DNA of 39,495 bases from a virus. Lineage: Duplodnaviria > Heunggongvirae > Uroviricota > Caudoviricetes. The stretch is taken from the IMG/VR virus record IMGVR_UViG_2695420897_000008. One strand, written 5' to 3'. How positions within the stretch are numbered: position 1 is the stretch's first letter; every line of letters starts with the position of its first letter. The position numbers and the translations under genes are program-made. Positions 28,984 through 39,411 of the stretch are shown in pieces. The notes below the pieces were generated by a model. The model was not told the origin of the DNA. It worked only from the letters and a program-made list of their open reading frames with translations, and made no database searches.

Positions 28984-31156
28984 GTTGGGACACCGCCTCA
29001 AAAATTCGAGTCATTTTCCCCCCAATTCGCCTTTGGGCACGCTTATACCCGCAATTTTGCAAAACATTACTAATTCGCATTTCTTCGCGTTTTCCGATGC
29101 GGTCAGGATTTAGCCCAATCGCATCACGCAAAACATCACTTGCGCGTAAAAATTCGCAATTTCGCGGAAGTTCATTAGTCATCAGGTCTGGCGTGTCGAG
29201 CCATTTCTCTACCGTTTCAAGCCAAGCATCCTTGATGGTGTACTGTTCATGGACACTCGCTGCCAGTTGTTCAGCCTCACGGAACTGGATACCCCCCAGA
29301 CGCTGAAACACCTCACGAGCCTCAGCCCAAAGTAAAAGGAGATCTCTTTTTATCGCTTTCACGTCGACTTTCGACACTTCCACGGGGAGCCAGCGACGGT
29401 TACCAGTCTTGTCCGCAAGGAATTCGTCCTCATTGGTGGTACCAACGAACACCAGGCGACGAGGAAACTGGGTGGCGAACTCCCGGTATTTCGGGATCCA
29501 GTTTTCGTGAGTACGCGTCACAAACGCTTTGATTGACTCCAGCTCTTTGGTATTAAGTCCGCGCAGTTCACCAATCTCTGCCACCAGCCGACCACGCATT
29601 TTTCGAGCGAGATCATCGTCTTTTTCGGCAAAAGAGATTTCAGTAAAAAACGCAGGATCAGGGCTCAGTGCCTCCACTCCGGAAGACTTACCGCAGCCCT
29701 GCGGACCAACGAGGATCGGCACCATATCCGCTTTGATGCCTGGCTCCAGTACTCGCCCCGCCAACGCGGTCCACATGTACATAGACACCGCACGGGTATA
29801 AGGCGTGTCGGCTGTACCGAAGTGCGTATGGTAGAAACATTCGATGCGCGGCACGCCATCCCACTCCAGCCCGTTCAGCCAGGTAATCGCTGAATCGAAT
29901 GGTTGTTCATCGGCTGCAAGTAACACCACATCGCGAATAAGTTCACGACCAACAGGTTTAAATCCCCGCTTTTCCATCGTGATGCGCAGGCGCGCATAAT
30001 CCGCATCGGTGAATGCTCGCCATTGTCCGGATCCTGCAGAGGCAAACATGATTTCGTCGCGGAACTGGTCAAAGCGAATATCGATGTCCACAAAATCAGG
30101 GCGTACTACTGCTTTGGCTGCGTTGCTGATGGTTGCCTCGATACGCCCCCATTTATCACGCTCGAAAGCAGGCAGCGGTAAAGGTTCCGCCACTTCGGTG
30201 CTGGTCAGATCTTCGAAATCGTCGTTGCGGATCCCGATGGCATTAAGGAAATCTCCGTCATCACGATGCGCACAACTGGCATGCAGGCATTTAAAATGCC
30301 CCTGCTCAAAGCCCGCGGTTCCCGCAGGAAAATAAGCTGTGCTTGTTGGATCGCCCCCGCTACTGTGGCCGTCTTCAAACGGACAGCGGATATATCGTTC
30401 ACCATTTGCGCCATCCAGCAGCGTCCAGCCATTGGCATCAAGATATTCAGCTGTATCATCCGTCGCGCCGGGCGTGAATGCTGATCGGTCGCGCATCTTC
30501 GTGTTGCCCGCTTCGGTGGTTACCGACACAGGGAGTTGTTCAGCCAGGCGCTGCCACAGCGTTTCAAGCTGCTCACCAGTAATAGCCGGAGGTTCATCCG
30601 GCAAACCACCGTCCCATTCAATACGCGCGCCGCTGCTGTGCGTACCACAGGCAACGAACTGCTGCCCGTTCGCCAGCAACTCGATAATGCCCATATCCCC
30701 CGCCAGGCGATGGATACGCTTACAGAAATCACCATCAACGGCCAGCAGATACAGACACTTATTACTGTTTGCTCGCCAGCGTCGCGGCGGCAACTCCCCC
30801 AGAAGTTGCACAAGCGTTTTGCGAATATCTGCCTGAATGTCTTCATCTTCGCTATCGCAGTCCAGCGCCAGCCAGCCATGGCCTGTACGCACGCAGATGC
30901 CATAATCCGGTTCATTCGACCAGCGGGCAAAATCATGCTCAGTAACAACATACCCGGTCCATTGAGCAATACCGGTGACCTGGCGGTCCCGGTTATAGCG
31001 ACTTGGCGTCTTACCCAGCGCTTTCAGTTTACTATCAGGGGATATGGTCGCACCGGGGTTACATACAACTGGGAGAAGATGATCAGTTCTCCCCAATACC
31101 AGGTCGAAATGAAACCACTCATCAGGCGTAGCTCCCCATGGTTTGCTATCGGACAT
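28964..31156 (-). CDS. Primase-helicase (N-terminal primase/polymerase-like domain plus P4-alpha/D5-type helicase domain)
   Basis: 730-aa ORF directly after cro; Walker A GPQGCGKSS and Walker B-like LVAEIGEL in the C-terminal half; Cys/His-rich central region. Confidence 0.7.
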   Translation of the reverse strand: MSDSKPWGATPDEWFHFDLVLGRTDHLLPVVCNPGATISPDSKLKALGKTPSRYNRDRQVTGIAQWTGYVVTEHDFARWSNEPDYGICVRTGHGWLALDCDSEDEDIQADIRKTLVQLLGELPPRRWRANSNKCLYLLAVDGDFCKRIHRLAGDMGIIELLANGQQFVACGTHSSGARIEWDGGLPDEPPAITGEQLETLWQRLAEQLPVSVTTEAGNTKMRDRSAFTPGATDDTAEYLDANGWTLLDGANGERYIRCPFEDGHSSGGDPTSTAYFPAGTAGFEQGHFKCLHASCAHRDDGDFLNAIGIRNDDFEDLTSTEVAEPLPLPAFERDKWGRIEATISNAAKAVVRPDFVDIDIRFDQFRDEIMFASAGSGQWRAFTDADYARLRITMEKRGFKPVGRELIRDVVLLAADEQPFDSAITWLNGLEWDGVPRIECFYHTHFGTADTPYTRAVSMYMWTALAGRVLEPGIKADMVPILVGPQGCGKSSGVEALSPDPAFFTEISFAEKDDDLARKMRGRLVAEIGELRGLNTKELESIKAFVTRTHENWIPKYREFATQFPRRLVFVGTTNEDEFLADKTGNRRWLPVEVSKVDVKAIKRDLLLLWAEAREVFQRLGGIQFREAEQLAASVHEQYTIKDAWLETVEKWLDTPDLMTNELPRNCEFLRASDVLRDAIGLNPDRIGKREEMRISNVLQNCGYKRAQRRIGGKMTRIFEAVSQPVPASK

Positions 31157-31159
31157 GGG

Positions 31160-31372
31160 TTAAGCCTTTTTATCGTTTTGTGAGCCATACAACAGCCAAT
31201 TAGGGTCGCAATCCAATGCTATAGACATTTCAAGAAGATAACGTGGCCGAGCAATAACACCACTTTCAATTCTGTTTATTGCCTGCTGGCTCACTCCTGT
31301 GAGCTCAGCCAACGTAACTTGCGTCATTTTGAGTTCTTTACGTCGTTCTTTTACTCGGGTCGCTAAGGTCAT
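31160..31372 (-). CDS. Cro-like HTH repressor (XRE family), 70 aa; start placed at ATG 31372
   Basis: HTH motif QVTLAELTGVSQQAINRIESG; GAGGTG RBS 6 nt before ATG 31372; divergent from the cI-like gene. Confidence 0.75.
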   Translation of the reverse strand: MTLATRVKERRKELKMTQVTLAELTGVSQQAINRIESGVIARPRYLLEMSIALDCDPNWLLYGSQNDKKA

Positions 31373-31447
31373 TGCTTTCACCTCATACAATTTTAGTGGT
31401 ATTTAGCAACAACAAATGAGGTTTGTCAAATACAACAAAAATTGTTT

Positions 31448-31469
31448 TTAATGTGGGTATACACATTAA
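31448..31469. promoter_or_regulatory. Candidate operator: perfect 8-6-8 palindrome TTAATGTG-GGTATA-CACATTAA between cro and cI
   Basis: Inverted repeat 24 bp upstream of the cI start, inside the divergent cro/cI intergenic region. Confidence 0.45.
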
Positions 31470-31492
31470 TACAACCCAGAAGGACTAATCCC

Positions 31493-32116
31493 ATGTCTCT
31501 CGCAGCCCGTTTTAAAGCACGTCGTTTGGAATTAGGAATGACTCAAGTGGAAGTAGCGAATTCTGCAGGGGTTAGCCAACAATCCATAGAATCCATCGAA
31601 AGTGGACGAACCAGAAAGCCACGCAATCTTCTGGATCTGGCTAAGGCCTTGAAATGTAGCCCAGACTGGCTACTGAACGGTAAAAATATTATGCCTCTCG
31701 CGGAGATAAGTACCAGACGCATACCTATATTAAGTTACGTTCAGGCAGGAGAGCTTACAGAAGCAAGAGACATAACAGATCTGACAGGGGAATTTGAATA
31801 TATTTTGGCAGACTCTGACATTCCAGAAACATGCTTCGCATTACGTATTGATGGCGACAGCATGCAACCAGAGTTTAAAGAAGGAGACATTGTTATCATC
31901 GATCCTGATCTATGTCCTGCACCAGGGGAGTTTGTTGTCGCCAAAAACGACGGTCACGAAGCTACATTTAAAAAATACCGTCCATTAGGAATCGGCATCG
32001 ACGACTTTGAATTAATCCCCCTAAATCCTGATTACCCTATTTTTCGTAGTGCAGATATGAACTTACAGATCATAGGTGTAATGATCGAACACCGTATTTA
32101 CCGCCGTAAACGTTAG
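31493..32116 (+). CDS. CI-like repressor, LexA-type (N-terminal HTH plus C-terminal S24 peptidase domain); start at ATG 31493
   Basis: HTH QVEVANSAGVSQQSIESIESG; S24 motifs LRIDGDSMQPEF and ATFKKY; AAGGA RBS before 31493. Confidence 0.8.
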   Translation: MSLAARFKARRLELGMTQVEVANSAGVSQQSIESIESGRTRKPRNLLDLAKALKCSPDWLLNGKNIMPLAEISTRRIPILSYVQAGELTEARDITDLTGEFEYILADSDIPETCFALRIDGDSMQPEFKEGDIVIIDPDLCPAPGEFVVAKNDGHEATFKKYRPLGIGIDDFELIPLNPDYPIFRSADMNLQIIGVMIEHRIYRRKR

Positions 32117-32135
32117 TATTCCCACCGTAAATATC

Positions 32136-32155
32136 GGGAGGCGTAACAGCCTCCC
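32136..32155 (+). terminator. Possible terminator hairpin after cI (GGGAGGC-GTAACA-GCCTCCC); weak U-tract
   Basis: 7-bp GC-rich stem 20 nt after the cI stop; followed by TTACCCCATTT. Confidence 0.35.
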
Positions 32156-32438
32156 TTACCCCATTTGTAAAGTCTTACAAATTAAATTCACTTAAATATC
32201 AATAAAGTAGTATTCACACCCCACAAAATACCACGTTTGCGGTTTACACAATACAACTCAAATTGTATCTTTAGCCACAAGTCGAACGGCGCGACTCTAA
32301 ACCATGCGTCGGGACCGTGGCGGGACAGGATGTCGGCAATACGGGTCAGTAAGTTCCCTTTGGGGTGCGGCGAAGCACTGCCTACTGATACAAGTCGAAG
32401 CCGCCGAACCACCAAAGTGAACTGAATGAGGAAACGGC

Positions 32439-32633
32439 GTGAAAACATATAAACCGCTCAAAGGTGAATGCCCTGCTTGCCAAACACAGCTTCAGACACC
32501 AAAGCCAAAACGATACCAAATCAACGAATGTTATGAGCACTGCCCTGGATGTGGTGCTTTCCTGCATACCATTGCAACGCACTGGCGTGTCCGCTTCAAC
32601 CTTGTGGTACCACGTACGCACAATACCAACTGA
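32439..32633 (+). CDS. Small zinc-ribbon protein (two CxxC pairs), 64 aa
   Basis: GTG start with GAGGA RBS; CPAC...CPGC motif; followed by a strong terminator. Confidence 0.45.
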   Translation: MKTYKPLKGECPACQTQLQTPKPKRYQINECYEHCPGCGAFLHTIATHWRVRFNLVVPRTHNTN

Positions 32634-32664
32634 ATCATCCATGTAATTGCTGTGTGTAGTCTTT

Positions 32665-32690
32665 GCCCGCCGCAAGTGACGGGCTTTTTT
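32665..32690 (+). terminator. Rho-independent terminator (GCCCG stem, T6)
   Basis: GCCCG...CGGGC stem followed by TTTTTT, 32 nt after the stop of the zinc-ribbon ORF. Confidence 0.7.
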
Positions 32691-32749
32691 ATGTCTGAAA
32701 GCGCACTCGCAACAGCGCGCTCCCCGATATGAAAAAAGGAATACAACCG

Positions 32750-32899
32750 ATGAAACCTGAACACCTCTATCGACTGACGGGGCGCGATGTTCTCCGTTAT
32801 CGCCGTAAAAACTTCGATTTGATGACCGGTCTGGCCGTTGCCACTGCGCTCGGTCTGATCATCACTTTCATTCTCCTTGTTGCGAGGACCACAGTATGA
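32750..32899 (+). CDS. Small membrane protein, 49 aa, overlapping the start of the next gene (ATGA)
   Basis: [49 protein letters not shown]; single C-terminal TM helix; below the ORF-track cutoff. Confidence 0.4.
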   Translation: MKPEHLYRLTGRDVLRYRRKNFDLMTGLAVATALGLIITFILLVARTTV

Positions 32900-33798
32900 G
32901 TTTAGAAACCAGTCTCGAACTTAATAATCAACTTCTGGCACAACATAATGCGCTGCTTGAACGTCTTATCCGCACAATGGCATCAGGTATTGTTATGCAT
33001 CCTGACACGATTTCACGAGTGCAGGAATGTCGGGATACAGCAACTGAAACTGAAAATATGTCAGCGGCAATGACACTGGATGATCTGGAGTTCAGCGACG
33101 TTATCGCACTGGCTGGTTTCTACCCGGTAGCCACCCCTATCACAGAAGACATGCTGCAACGTGCTGTTGCCTACCGTGATGCTGAAGGCGATAAACGAGT
33201 AGTTCAGATTGATCCTCTCGACAGCGCATTGCAGGGCGTCAAACGAGCCAGGGCACTGCATAAACCCGCTCTTCTGGACCTGTCCCGTAACATTCTTAAG
33301 TTCTGGGACGACCTGCCAACCATCGGCGAGCGACGTGCTTTTGCCGAGCAACTACTTGATGCACCTGCAGATGGGCGTGATGAAGTTAAGCCGAAAAAGG
33401 CCAGTAACAAAGATGGAGAACGCACGGGGCCGTTTTACGTCAAAAATGTATCCGGCACAGCAGCCAGTGAACTCCACACCTTACGCAAGTTGAACGAGAT
33501 GCTTAAAAAAGGCCATATCGAGATCAACCGTGTTGAGTACCTTCAGCTGCAGGAAGAATTTGCACGCAGAGACGCAGCAAATTCCAGCCAGAATAATGAC
33601 GCCAAAGATGACCATACAATTGATTTCGCGGCACTACGCAAACAAGCTGAAGGGTTGATCCTCCAGTTAGCAAAAGGGGGTTACCGGGCAGAAGCTATTG
33701 CAATTCTGGAAAAACAGGGAGCCAGGAAACTTGGTGAAGTAACGGATGAAAATCTCGCTGAAGTAATCACCCTGGCTGAAAAAGCACTGGAGGGTTAA
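32896..33798 (+). CDS. Hypothetical early protein, 300 aa
   Basis: ORF with GAGGA RBS, first large gene of the plus-strand early operon; no family recognised by eye. Confidence 0.5.
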   Translation: MSLETSLELNNQLLAQHNALLERLIRTMASGIVMHPDTISRVQECRDTATETENMSAAMTLDDLEFSDVIALAGFYPVATPITEDMLQRAVAYRDAEGDKRVVQIDPLDSALQGVKRARALHKPALLDLSRNILKFWDDLPTIGERRAFAEQLLDAPADGRDEVKPKKASNKDGERTGPFYVKNVSGTAASELHTLRKLNEMLKKGHIEINRVEYLQLQEEFARRDAANSSQNNDAKDDHTIDFAALRKQAEGLILQLAKGGYRAEAIAILEKQGARKLGEVTDENLAEVITLAEKALEG

Positions 33799-33800
33799 TC

Positions 33801-35102
33801 ATGCCAGACGTTCATGCACAACTTTCTCCATCATCAGCGCATCGATGGATGCGCTGCCCAGGAAGTCTGGCGCTGGAGGCCACACAACCGGATAAAGAAA
33901 CAACTTTTGCAATCGAGGGCACTGCAGCGCACGCGCTTGCTGAAAAAGTTCTACGAAACAGGCAAAGCCACCCGGAACACTACGCCGGATGCAATGTTTC
34001 TATGTTTCTCGGCTCATACCCCCTTCGCGAAAATCCTGATGATACATCTGGCCCACAGGTGGATGATGAAATGGTCGAAGCCGTTGGCCGGTATGTTGAT
34101 ACGGTCTGGACTCTTGCACAGAATAATGAACTATTGGTTGAACAACGTGTTGATTTCTCACATATAACGGGGGTGGAAGAATCTTTCGGAACTGCCGACG
34201 GCATAATCATCGCTGGTAACGAATTACAAATCCACGACCTGAAATATGGCAAAGGCGTCCGCATTGATGCAGAACAAAATGAGCAACTACAACTGTATGC
34301 TCTGGGTGCGCTCGAACAATTCAGCATGCTGTATGACTTTGAGACTGTAAGATTATTTATTCACCAGCCAAGGCTCAACCACGTTTCAGAATGGTCGTTA
34401 ACCGTACAGGAACTTCAGTCTTTCGGTGAACGGGCACAGGAGGCCGCAACCAGTGCGATCCTTGTTCTCAATATTGCTGAATGCGAAGGCATTGAGACAC
34501 TACCGCTGGAAAACTTCATACCTGGAGAAAAACAGTGCCGCTTCTGTAAAGCAAAAGCTATTTGCACTGCCCAGAAAATGCAGCATTTACAAACAGCGGC
34601 CAGCGATTTTGAAGATCTGACAAAGCCTGTCAGCGAAATAATCACCAATGCCAGCGCACGTGTACCTCTGTTAACCATTGAGCAGCTTGCGGAGATCTAT
34701 AGCCAGGCCGACTTTATTGAATCCTGGCTAAAGGCAGTACGGGACCGGGTTCACAATGAACTCAATGCCGGACATCCGGTACCGGGGTTTAAACTGGTAA
34801 CAGGAAAACAAGGTAACCGGGCCTGGAGTGATGAAGAGGCAGCTCGCGCACTTCTGAAGGACCAGTTCAGGTACAAAACTGAAGAAGTATTCGACTTTAA
34901 ACTTATTAGTCCCACAAAAGCCGAAAAACTTATCAAAAAGGCCAGTCCACGCCGTTGGTCAAAAGTCGAGGCACTGATAACACGAGCTGATGGTAAACCA
35001 ACCGTCATTCCCGAGTCAGACCCACGCCCCGCACTCAATATCAACCCTGTAAATGATTTCGACGACGTATCCGACGATACGCTAACCGCAGACCTCATCT
35101 GA
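33801..35102 (+). CDS. PD-(D/E)XK-type nuclease with C-terminal Cys cluster (DUF2800/Cas4-like)
   Basis: 433-aa ORF; putative active-site residues (D...[12 protein letters not shown]) and C-terminal [10 protein letters not shown]; typical neighbour of phage DNA polymerase genes. Confidence 0.5.
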   Translation: MPDVHAQLSPSSAHRWMRCPGSLALEATQPDKETTFAIEGTAAHALAEKVLRNRQSHPEHYAGCNVSMFLGSYPLRENPDDTSGPQVDDEMVEAVGRYVDTVWTLAQNNELLVEQRVDFSHITGVEESFGTADGIIIAGNELQIHDLKYGKGVRIDAEQNEQLQLYALGALEQFSMLYDFETVRLFIHQPRLNHVSEWSLTVQELQSFGERAQEAATSAILVLNIAECEGIETLPLENFIPGEKQCRFCKAKAICTAQKMQHLQTAASDFEDLTKPVSEIITNASARVPLLTIEQLAEIYSQADFIESWLKAVRDRVHNELNAGHPVPGFKLVTGKQGNRAWSDEEAARALLKDQFRYKTEEVFDFKLISPTKAEKLIKKASPRRWSKVEALITRADGKPTVIPESDPRPALNINPVNDFDDVSDDTLTADLI

Positions 35103-35117
35103 TTTAAGGAAATACCC

Positions 35118-35666
35118 ATGAAACTGAAGCTGAACAATGTTCGTCTGGCCTTCCCGTCTCTGTTTGAAGCTAAAACTGTAAACGGCGAAGGCGATCCGCG
35201 TTTCTCCGCAGTATTTTTAATGTCTCCCAAACACCCACAACTGGAAGAAATCCGTAAAGCTATGAAGCAGGTAGCGAAGGAAAAATGGGGAGAGAAGTGG
35301 GAGCCCATTTATAACCAGCTGGAGAAAAAACTCAATCTGTGCCTGCATGATGGTGATGAAAAAGCAGAGTATGAAGGCTTCCCCGGTAATTTCTTCCTGA
35401 ATGCTGCTAACAAAGCGCGCCCAGCTGTTCTTGATCGCGATCGTTCGCCACTTATTCAGGCTGACGGACGTCCCTATGCAGGGTGCTATGTAAACGCCGT
35501 TATCGATATCTGGGCACAGGACAATAATTTCGGTAAACGCATTAATGCCTCACTCGGCGGAGTCCAGTTCCTGCGAGACGGCGATGCATTCGCTGGCGGC
35601 GGAGTGGCAAGCGCTGACGATTTCGACGATATCAGCGAAGGTGCTGATGCTGAAGCACTAATTTAA
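35118..35666 (+). CDS. DUF2815-like phage protein (putative ssDNA-binding)
   Basis: 182-aa ORF with acidic C-terminal tail (DDFDDISEGADAEALI) between the nuclease and polymerase genes. Confidence 0.45.
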   Translation: MKLKLNNVRLAFPSLFEAKTVNGEGDPRFSAVFLMSPKHPQLEEIRKAMKQVAKEKWGEKWEPIYNQLEKKLNLCLHDGDEKAEYEGFPGNFFLNAANKARPAVLDRDRSPLIQADGRPYAGCYVNAVIDIWAQDNNFGKRINASLGGVQFLRDGDAFAGGGVASADDFDDISEGADAEALI

Positions 35667-35718
35667 CCCTACTTCATAGACGCCCGGTTAAACACCGGGC
35701 TACTGATTAGGCGTATAA

Positions 35719-36348
35719 TCACTCAGGAATCTTAATCTTTCTCAATTCTTTATTTAGTTCACAGATCTTTTTCTTAGACGGGAAAGTATCATACATCCAA
35801 AAACCAACAGTCTCTAAAACTATTATCATAACCATATACACAAGATAATTTAAAAGGCCTTCATTTTGCCCTATGGAAATAATGCAGATAATAGAAAAAA
35901 GGGTAAACAGCACAAAACACAGAAAGGAAAACAGACGACTAATAATAAATAAAAAACCTGAAAAATCAACATTAATAAAAAACACTCCGTTATCTTTCTC
36001 TATATAATTCTGAAGCTTAATCAACTGATTTATATACTGTCTTTTTTCTAATCTATTGCAAATGTAAATAACATCTCTTCGGTTATAAGATGATTGCAAT
36101 TTCAGCGCATCACGAATAATTTTATCATTTATTCTTTTTTCTATGGCACTCTTATCCTCCTCATCCAGATAACGTTCATACTTAACTAAATATAAAATTA
36201 ACTTCTTAACATATTTAGGCTCTTTATACTTATAATTAAAAATGATCTTTCTTATCCAGACTCCCATAACAATCAAACATGAAAAAATATATCCAGCTAT
36301 TTTCTCCAGATGCTCTGTATGGTCAATCAAGTATTGGATCATATGCAT
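35719..36348 (-). CDS. Hypothetical integral membrane protein, 209 aa, very AT-rich, opposite strand to the surrounding operon
   Basis: Three predicted TM segments; strong compositional contrast with flanking genes. Confidence 0.55.
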   Translation of the reverse strand: MHMIQYLIDHTEHLEKIAGYIFSCLIVMGVWIRKIIFNYKYKEPKYVKKLILYLVKYERYLDEEDKSAIEKRINDKIIRDALKLQSSYNRRDVIYICNRLEKRQYINQLIKLQNYIEKDNGVFFINVDFSGFLFIISRLFSFLCFVLFTLFSIICIISIGQNEGLLNYLVYMVMIIVLETVGFWMYDTFPSKKKICELNKELRKIKIPE

Positions 36349-36394
36349 AATTAATCTTTTAATCAGTTAATAGAATAAAAACCAAGGTAAACAC

Positions 36395-38458
36395 ATGTCC
36401 AATATACTATGGGGCGACCTGGAAACCTATTGCGAAATCCCTATTACGAACGGTACCCATGCGTATGCCGAAGGCGTTGAAGTGATGCTTTTCGCATGGG
36501 CTATCAACGACGGGCCAGTAAACGTGTGGGATATCACTGCCGGTGGTGGTATTCCACACGGCTTATACGAAGCAATCGCAGACCCTGAAACCCTGCTTTA
36601 TTTCCATAACTCTCACTTCGACCGCACCGTTCTGCGTTATGCAATGCCGCGCCTGGCACCGCCAGTCGAACGTTGGCGCGACACAATGGTGCAGGCGCTG
36701 GCGCACGGTCTCCCGGGGTCTCTGGGGGAACTCTGCGAAGTACTAGGCGTCCCGCAAGACAAAGCGAAGGACAAAGAAGGTAAAGCGCTGATCCAGCTGT
36801 TCTGTAAGCCACGCCCGAAAAACAGCAAACTGCGCCGGGCCACCAGCAAAACCCACCCGGAAGAATGGCGGCGCTTTGTTGCTTACGCCGGACTGGATAT
36901 CGAGGCAATGCGCGAAGTCTATAAACGTCTGCCGAAGTGGAATTATCAGGGGACAGAACTGGCGCTCTGGCATCGTGATCAGCAGATCAATGACCGGGGC
37001 GTCTGCATGGACGTGGAACTCGCACGCGCTGCGATCGACGCGGTAGACCAGGAACAAAAGCGCCTGGCAAAGCGTACACAGGAAATGACTGATGGCGAAG
37101 TGCAGGCAGCCACACAACGAGACGCGTTGATTAAGCACATTGTTGAATCCTACGGTGTGGAGCTACCAGACATGCAACGCAGTACTCTGGAACGTCGTAT
37201 TGCCGACCCCGATTTACCATCTGCCGTGAAAGAACTGCTGGCTATCCGCCTGCAGGCCAGTACTACCAGCACCAGTAAATACAAGGCACTGATGAAAGGC
37301 GTAAGCCACGACGGGCGCTTACGCGGTACGCTACAGTTCTGCGGGGCGTCACGTACCGGTCGTTGGGCCGGACGGCTATTCCAGCCCCAGAACCTTCCCC
37401 GCCCTTCACTAAAACAGGAACAAATAGACGAAGGCATCGAAGCACTGAAAGCCGGATGTGCAGACCTGCTGTTTGACAATATCATGGAACTAACCAGTTC
37501 AGCGTTACGTGGCTGCATTATCGCGCCAACAGGCAAAAAGCTGGTGGTAAGTGACTTGTCGAACATTGAAGGCCGTATGCTGGCATGGCTGGCGGGAGAA
37601 GAATGGAAACTGAATGCATTCAGAGAGTACGACGCCGGAACGGGTCCGGACTTATATAAACTGGCGTATGCAAAAGCTTTCGATATTGCACCAGATGATG
37701 TTGATAAACACATGCGTCAGATCGGTAAAGTCATGGAACTCGGTCTGGGTTATGGTGGTGGTGTGTCGGCCTTCATCACTTTTGCACTGGTTTACGGTCT
37801 CGATCTCGACGAGCTGGCGAACGCCGCACTACCAAACATTCCCCGCGATGTTATCCGCGAGGCGAAAAGCTGGTACGACGAATCGGTTAAACGCAAGTCA
37901 ACCTACGGGCTTTCTGAACGGGTATTTATCGCCTGCGACTCACTTAAACGTCTCTGGCGCCGGGCGCATCCCGCGACCTGTGATTTCTGGTACGAACTGG
38001 AGCGCACCGTCCGCACTGCAATCGCCACACCGCAAAAAACATTGTATTGCGGTTATCTTAAAATCCGCCGCGATGGCGCGTGGCTGCGCATACAGCTACC
38101 ATCCGGACGCGCTGTATGCTACCCGTCTCCGGTTATCGAAAAAGGGAATATCACCTACATGGGGGTTAACTCTTATTCGCGTAAATGGCAACGACTCAAA
38201 ACCTACGGCGGAAAGCTGGTGGAGAACATCACCCAGGCGGCCGCCCGCGACATTCTGGCCGGAAACATGCCGCTTATCGAAGATGCCGGTTACAGCATTG
38301 TGCTGACGGTACACGACGAGGTGATCACCGAAGCACCTGACACAGAAGATTTCAACGATAAAGCGCTTTCCGCGCTTCTCTCCACTGACCCCGAATGGGC
38401 GCCCGATATCCCACTGAACGCTGGCGGTTTTGAGGCGTACCACTACAAAAAAGATTGA
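36395..38458 (+). CDS. Family A DNA polymerase with N-terminal 3'-5' exonuclease domain, no 5'-3' exonuclease domain
   Basis: 687 aa; Exo I motif WGDLETYCE, polymerase motifs [24 protein letters not shown] and TVHDEV. Confidence 0.8.
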   Translation: MSNILWGDLETYCEIPITNGTHAYAEGVEVMLFAWAINDGPVNVWDITAGGGIPHGLYEAIADPETLLYFHNSHFDRTVLRYAMPRLAPPVERWRDTMVQALAHGLPGSLGELCEVLGVPQDKAKDKEGKALIQLFCKPRPKNSKLRRATSKTHPEEWRRFVAYAGLDIEAMREVYKRLPKWNYQGTELALWHRDQQINDRGVCMDVELARAAIDAVDQEQKRLAKRTQEMTDGEVQAATQRDALIKHIVESYGVELPDMQRSTLERRIADPDLPSAVKELLAIRLQASTTSTSKYKALMKGVSHDGRLRGTLQFCGASRTGRWAGRLFQPQNLPRPSLKQEQIDEGIEALKAGCADLLFDNIMELTSSALRGCIIAPTGKKLVVSDLSNIEGRMLAWLAGEEWKLNAFREYDAGTGPDLYKLAYAKAFDIAPDDVDKHMRQIGKVMELGLGYGGGVSAFITFALVYGLDLDELANAALPNIPRDVIREAKSWYDESVKRKSTYGLSERVFIACDSLKRLWRRAHPATCDFWYELERTVRTAIATPQKTLYCGYLKIRRDGAWLRIQLPSGRAVCYPSPVIEKGNITYMGVNSYSRKWQRLKTYGGKLVENITQAAARDILAGNMPLIEDAGYSIVLTVHDEVITEAPDTEDFNDKALSALLSTDPEWAPDIPLNAGGFEAYHYKKD

Positions 38459-38522
38459 TATAACTCACCTTATCGAGCTATGGCGACATGCTGAATTCGA
38501 GTAAATTAAAGGAACAATACTT

Positions 38523-39284
38523 ATGCAGGAACTAACTGAAATGCCGATCACCTATCCATACCCGAGAGAAACTTTTCCTGACTTTTTGAGGGAGTGTGGG
38601 TTCACCAATTTTTCCCACGAACAGCGTGAGACTTGTGACTGCTATCGTTTAACGAATGGCGTAATTGTTAACCTTTACACCACCCGGACCATTCAGTTTC
38701 AAGGTAACCCTCAAGAACGTCCCAATGTTGAAACTGCAATAATGACCCATTTAGGAACGCCGCCCACGGCAACACCACTAGCCGTAGAACAGCCATCTGA
38801 GCTCCCCAAAAAGATATTCATTGTTCACGGCCATGACCATACTGCAAAGGAGCAACTTGAGCTAATCCTTCATAAACTTGGATTACCAGACCATTTCATT
38901 TTGCAGAATACGGGAGGGACTGGACTCACCATTATTGAAGAGCTTGAACGTGAAATTGGGCAAGGACAAACTGCTACCCGTTTCGGGATTGTTCTTTTGA
39001 CACCTGATGATATGGGATACTCAAAGCGCGCCGGTGAAGCAGAAATCCAACCCCGCGCAAGACAGAACGTTGTACTCGAGATGGGTATGCTTCTTTCGTC
39101 CTTAGGGCGCAGCAATGTAGCAATCCTTCAGAAACAGCACCTAGAACAGCCTTCTGATGCTAACGGGATTTTGTATCTGAATTTCAACGACCATGTACGT
39201 GAAACAGTTCCTCGTCTAGTGCAACGGTTACAAAATTCTGGTTTCGAATTTACACAAGCTCAAATAGCTAACGCTTCCTCGTAA
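38523..39284 (+). CDS. Protein with C-terminal TIR-like nucleotide-binding domain (COG4271/PF10137-like) and an N-terminal domain of unknown function
   Basis: Motifs KIFIVHGHD, VLLTPDD and RARQNVVLEMG match the TIR-like family as remembered; AAAGGA RBS; followed by a terminator. Confidence 0.55.
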   Translation: MQELTEMPITYPYPRETFPDFLRECGFTNFSHEQRETCDCYRLTNGVIVNLYTTRTIQFQGNPQERPNVETAIMTHLGTPPTATPLAVEQPSELPKKIFIVHGHDHTAKEQLELILHKLGLPDHFILQNTGGTGLTIIEELEREIGQGQTATRFGIVLLTPDDMGYSKRAGEAEIQPRARQNVVLEMGMLLSSLGRSNVAILQKQHLEQPSDANGILYLNFNDHVRETVPRLVQRLQNSGFEFTQAQIANASS

Positions 39285-39307
39285 TTACCCCTTATTGTTG
39301 ATTACAA

Positions 39308-39328
39308 CCCTGCATCGCGGGGTTTTTT
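39308..39328 (+). terminator. Rho-independent terminator after the TIR-like gene
   Basis: CCCTGC-ATC-GCGGGG hairpin followed by TTTTTT. Confidence 0.55.
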
Positions 39329-39411
39329 ATTTGGGAATAAAAACCCTATGTCATTTAAATACCGGGACAGTCCGCTTTATTGTAAGCGACTCGTCAGAAC
39401 CGTATTGATAT

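Noticed and set aside
32188-32675. Minus-strand ORFs 32188-32448 and 32382-32675 in the region after cI
   Set aside because: They overlap a better-supported plus-strand small ORF and terminator, have no RBS and low-complexity translations.
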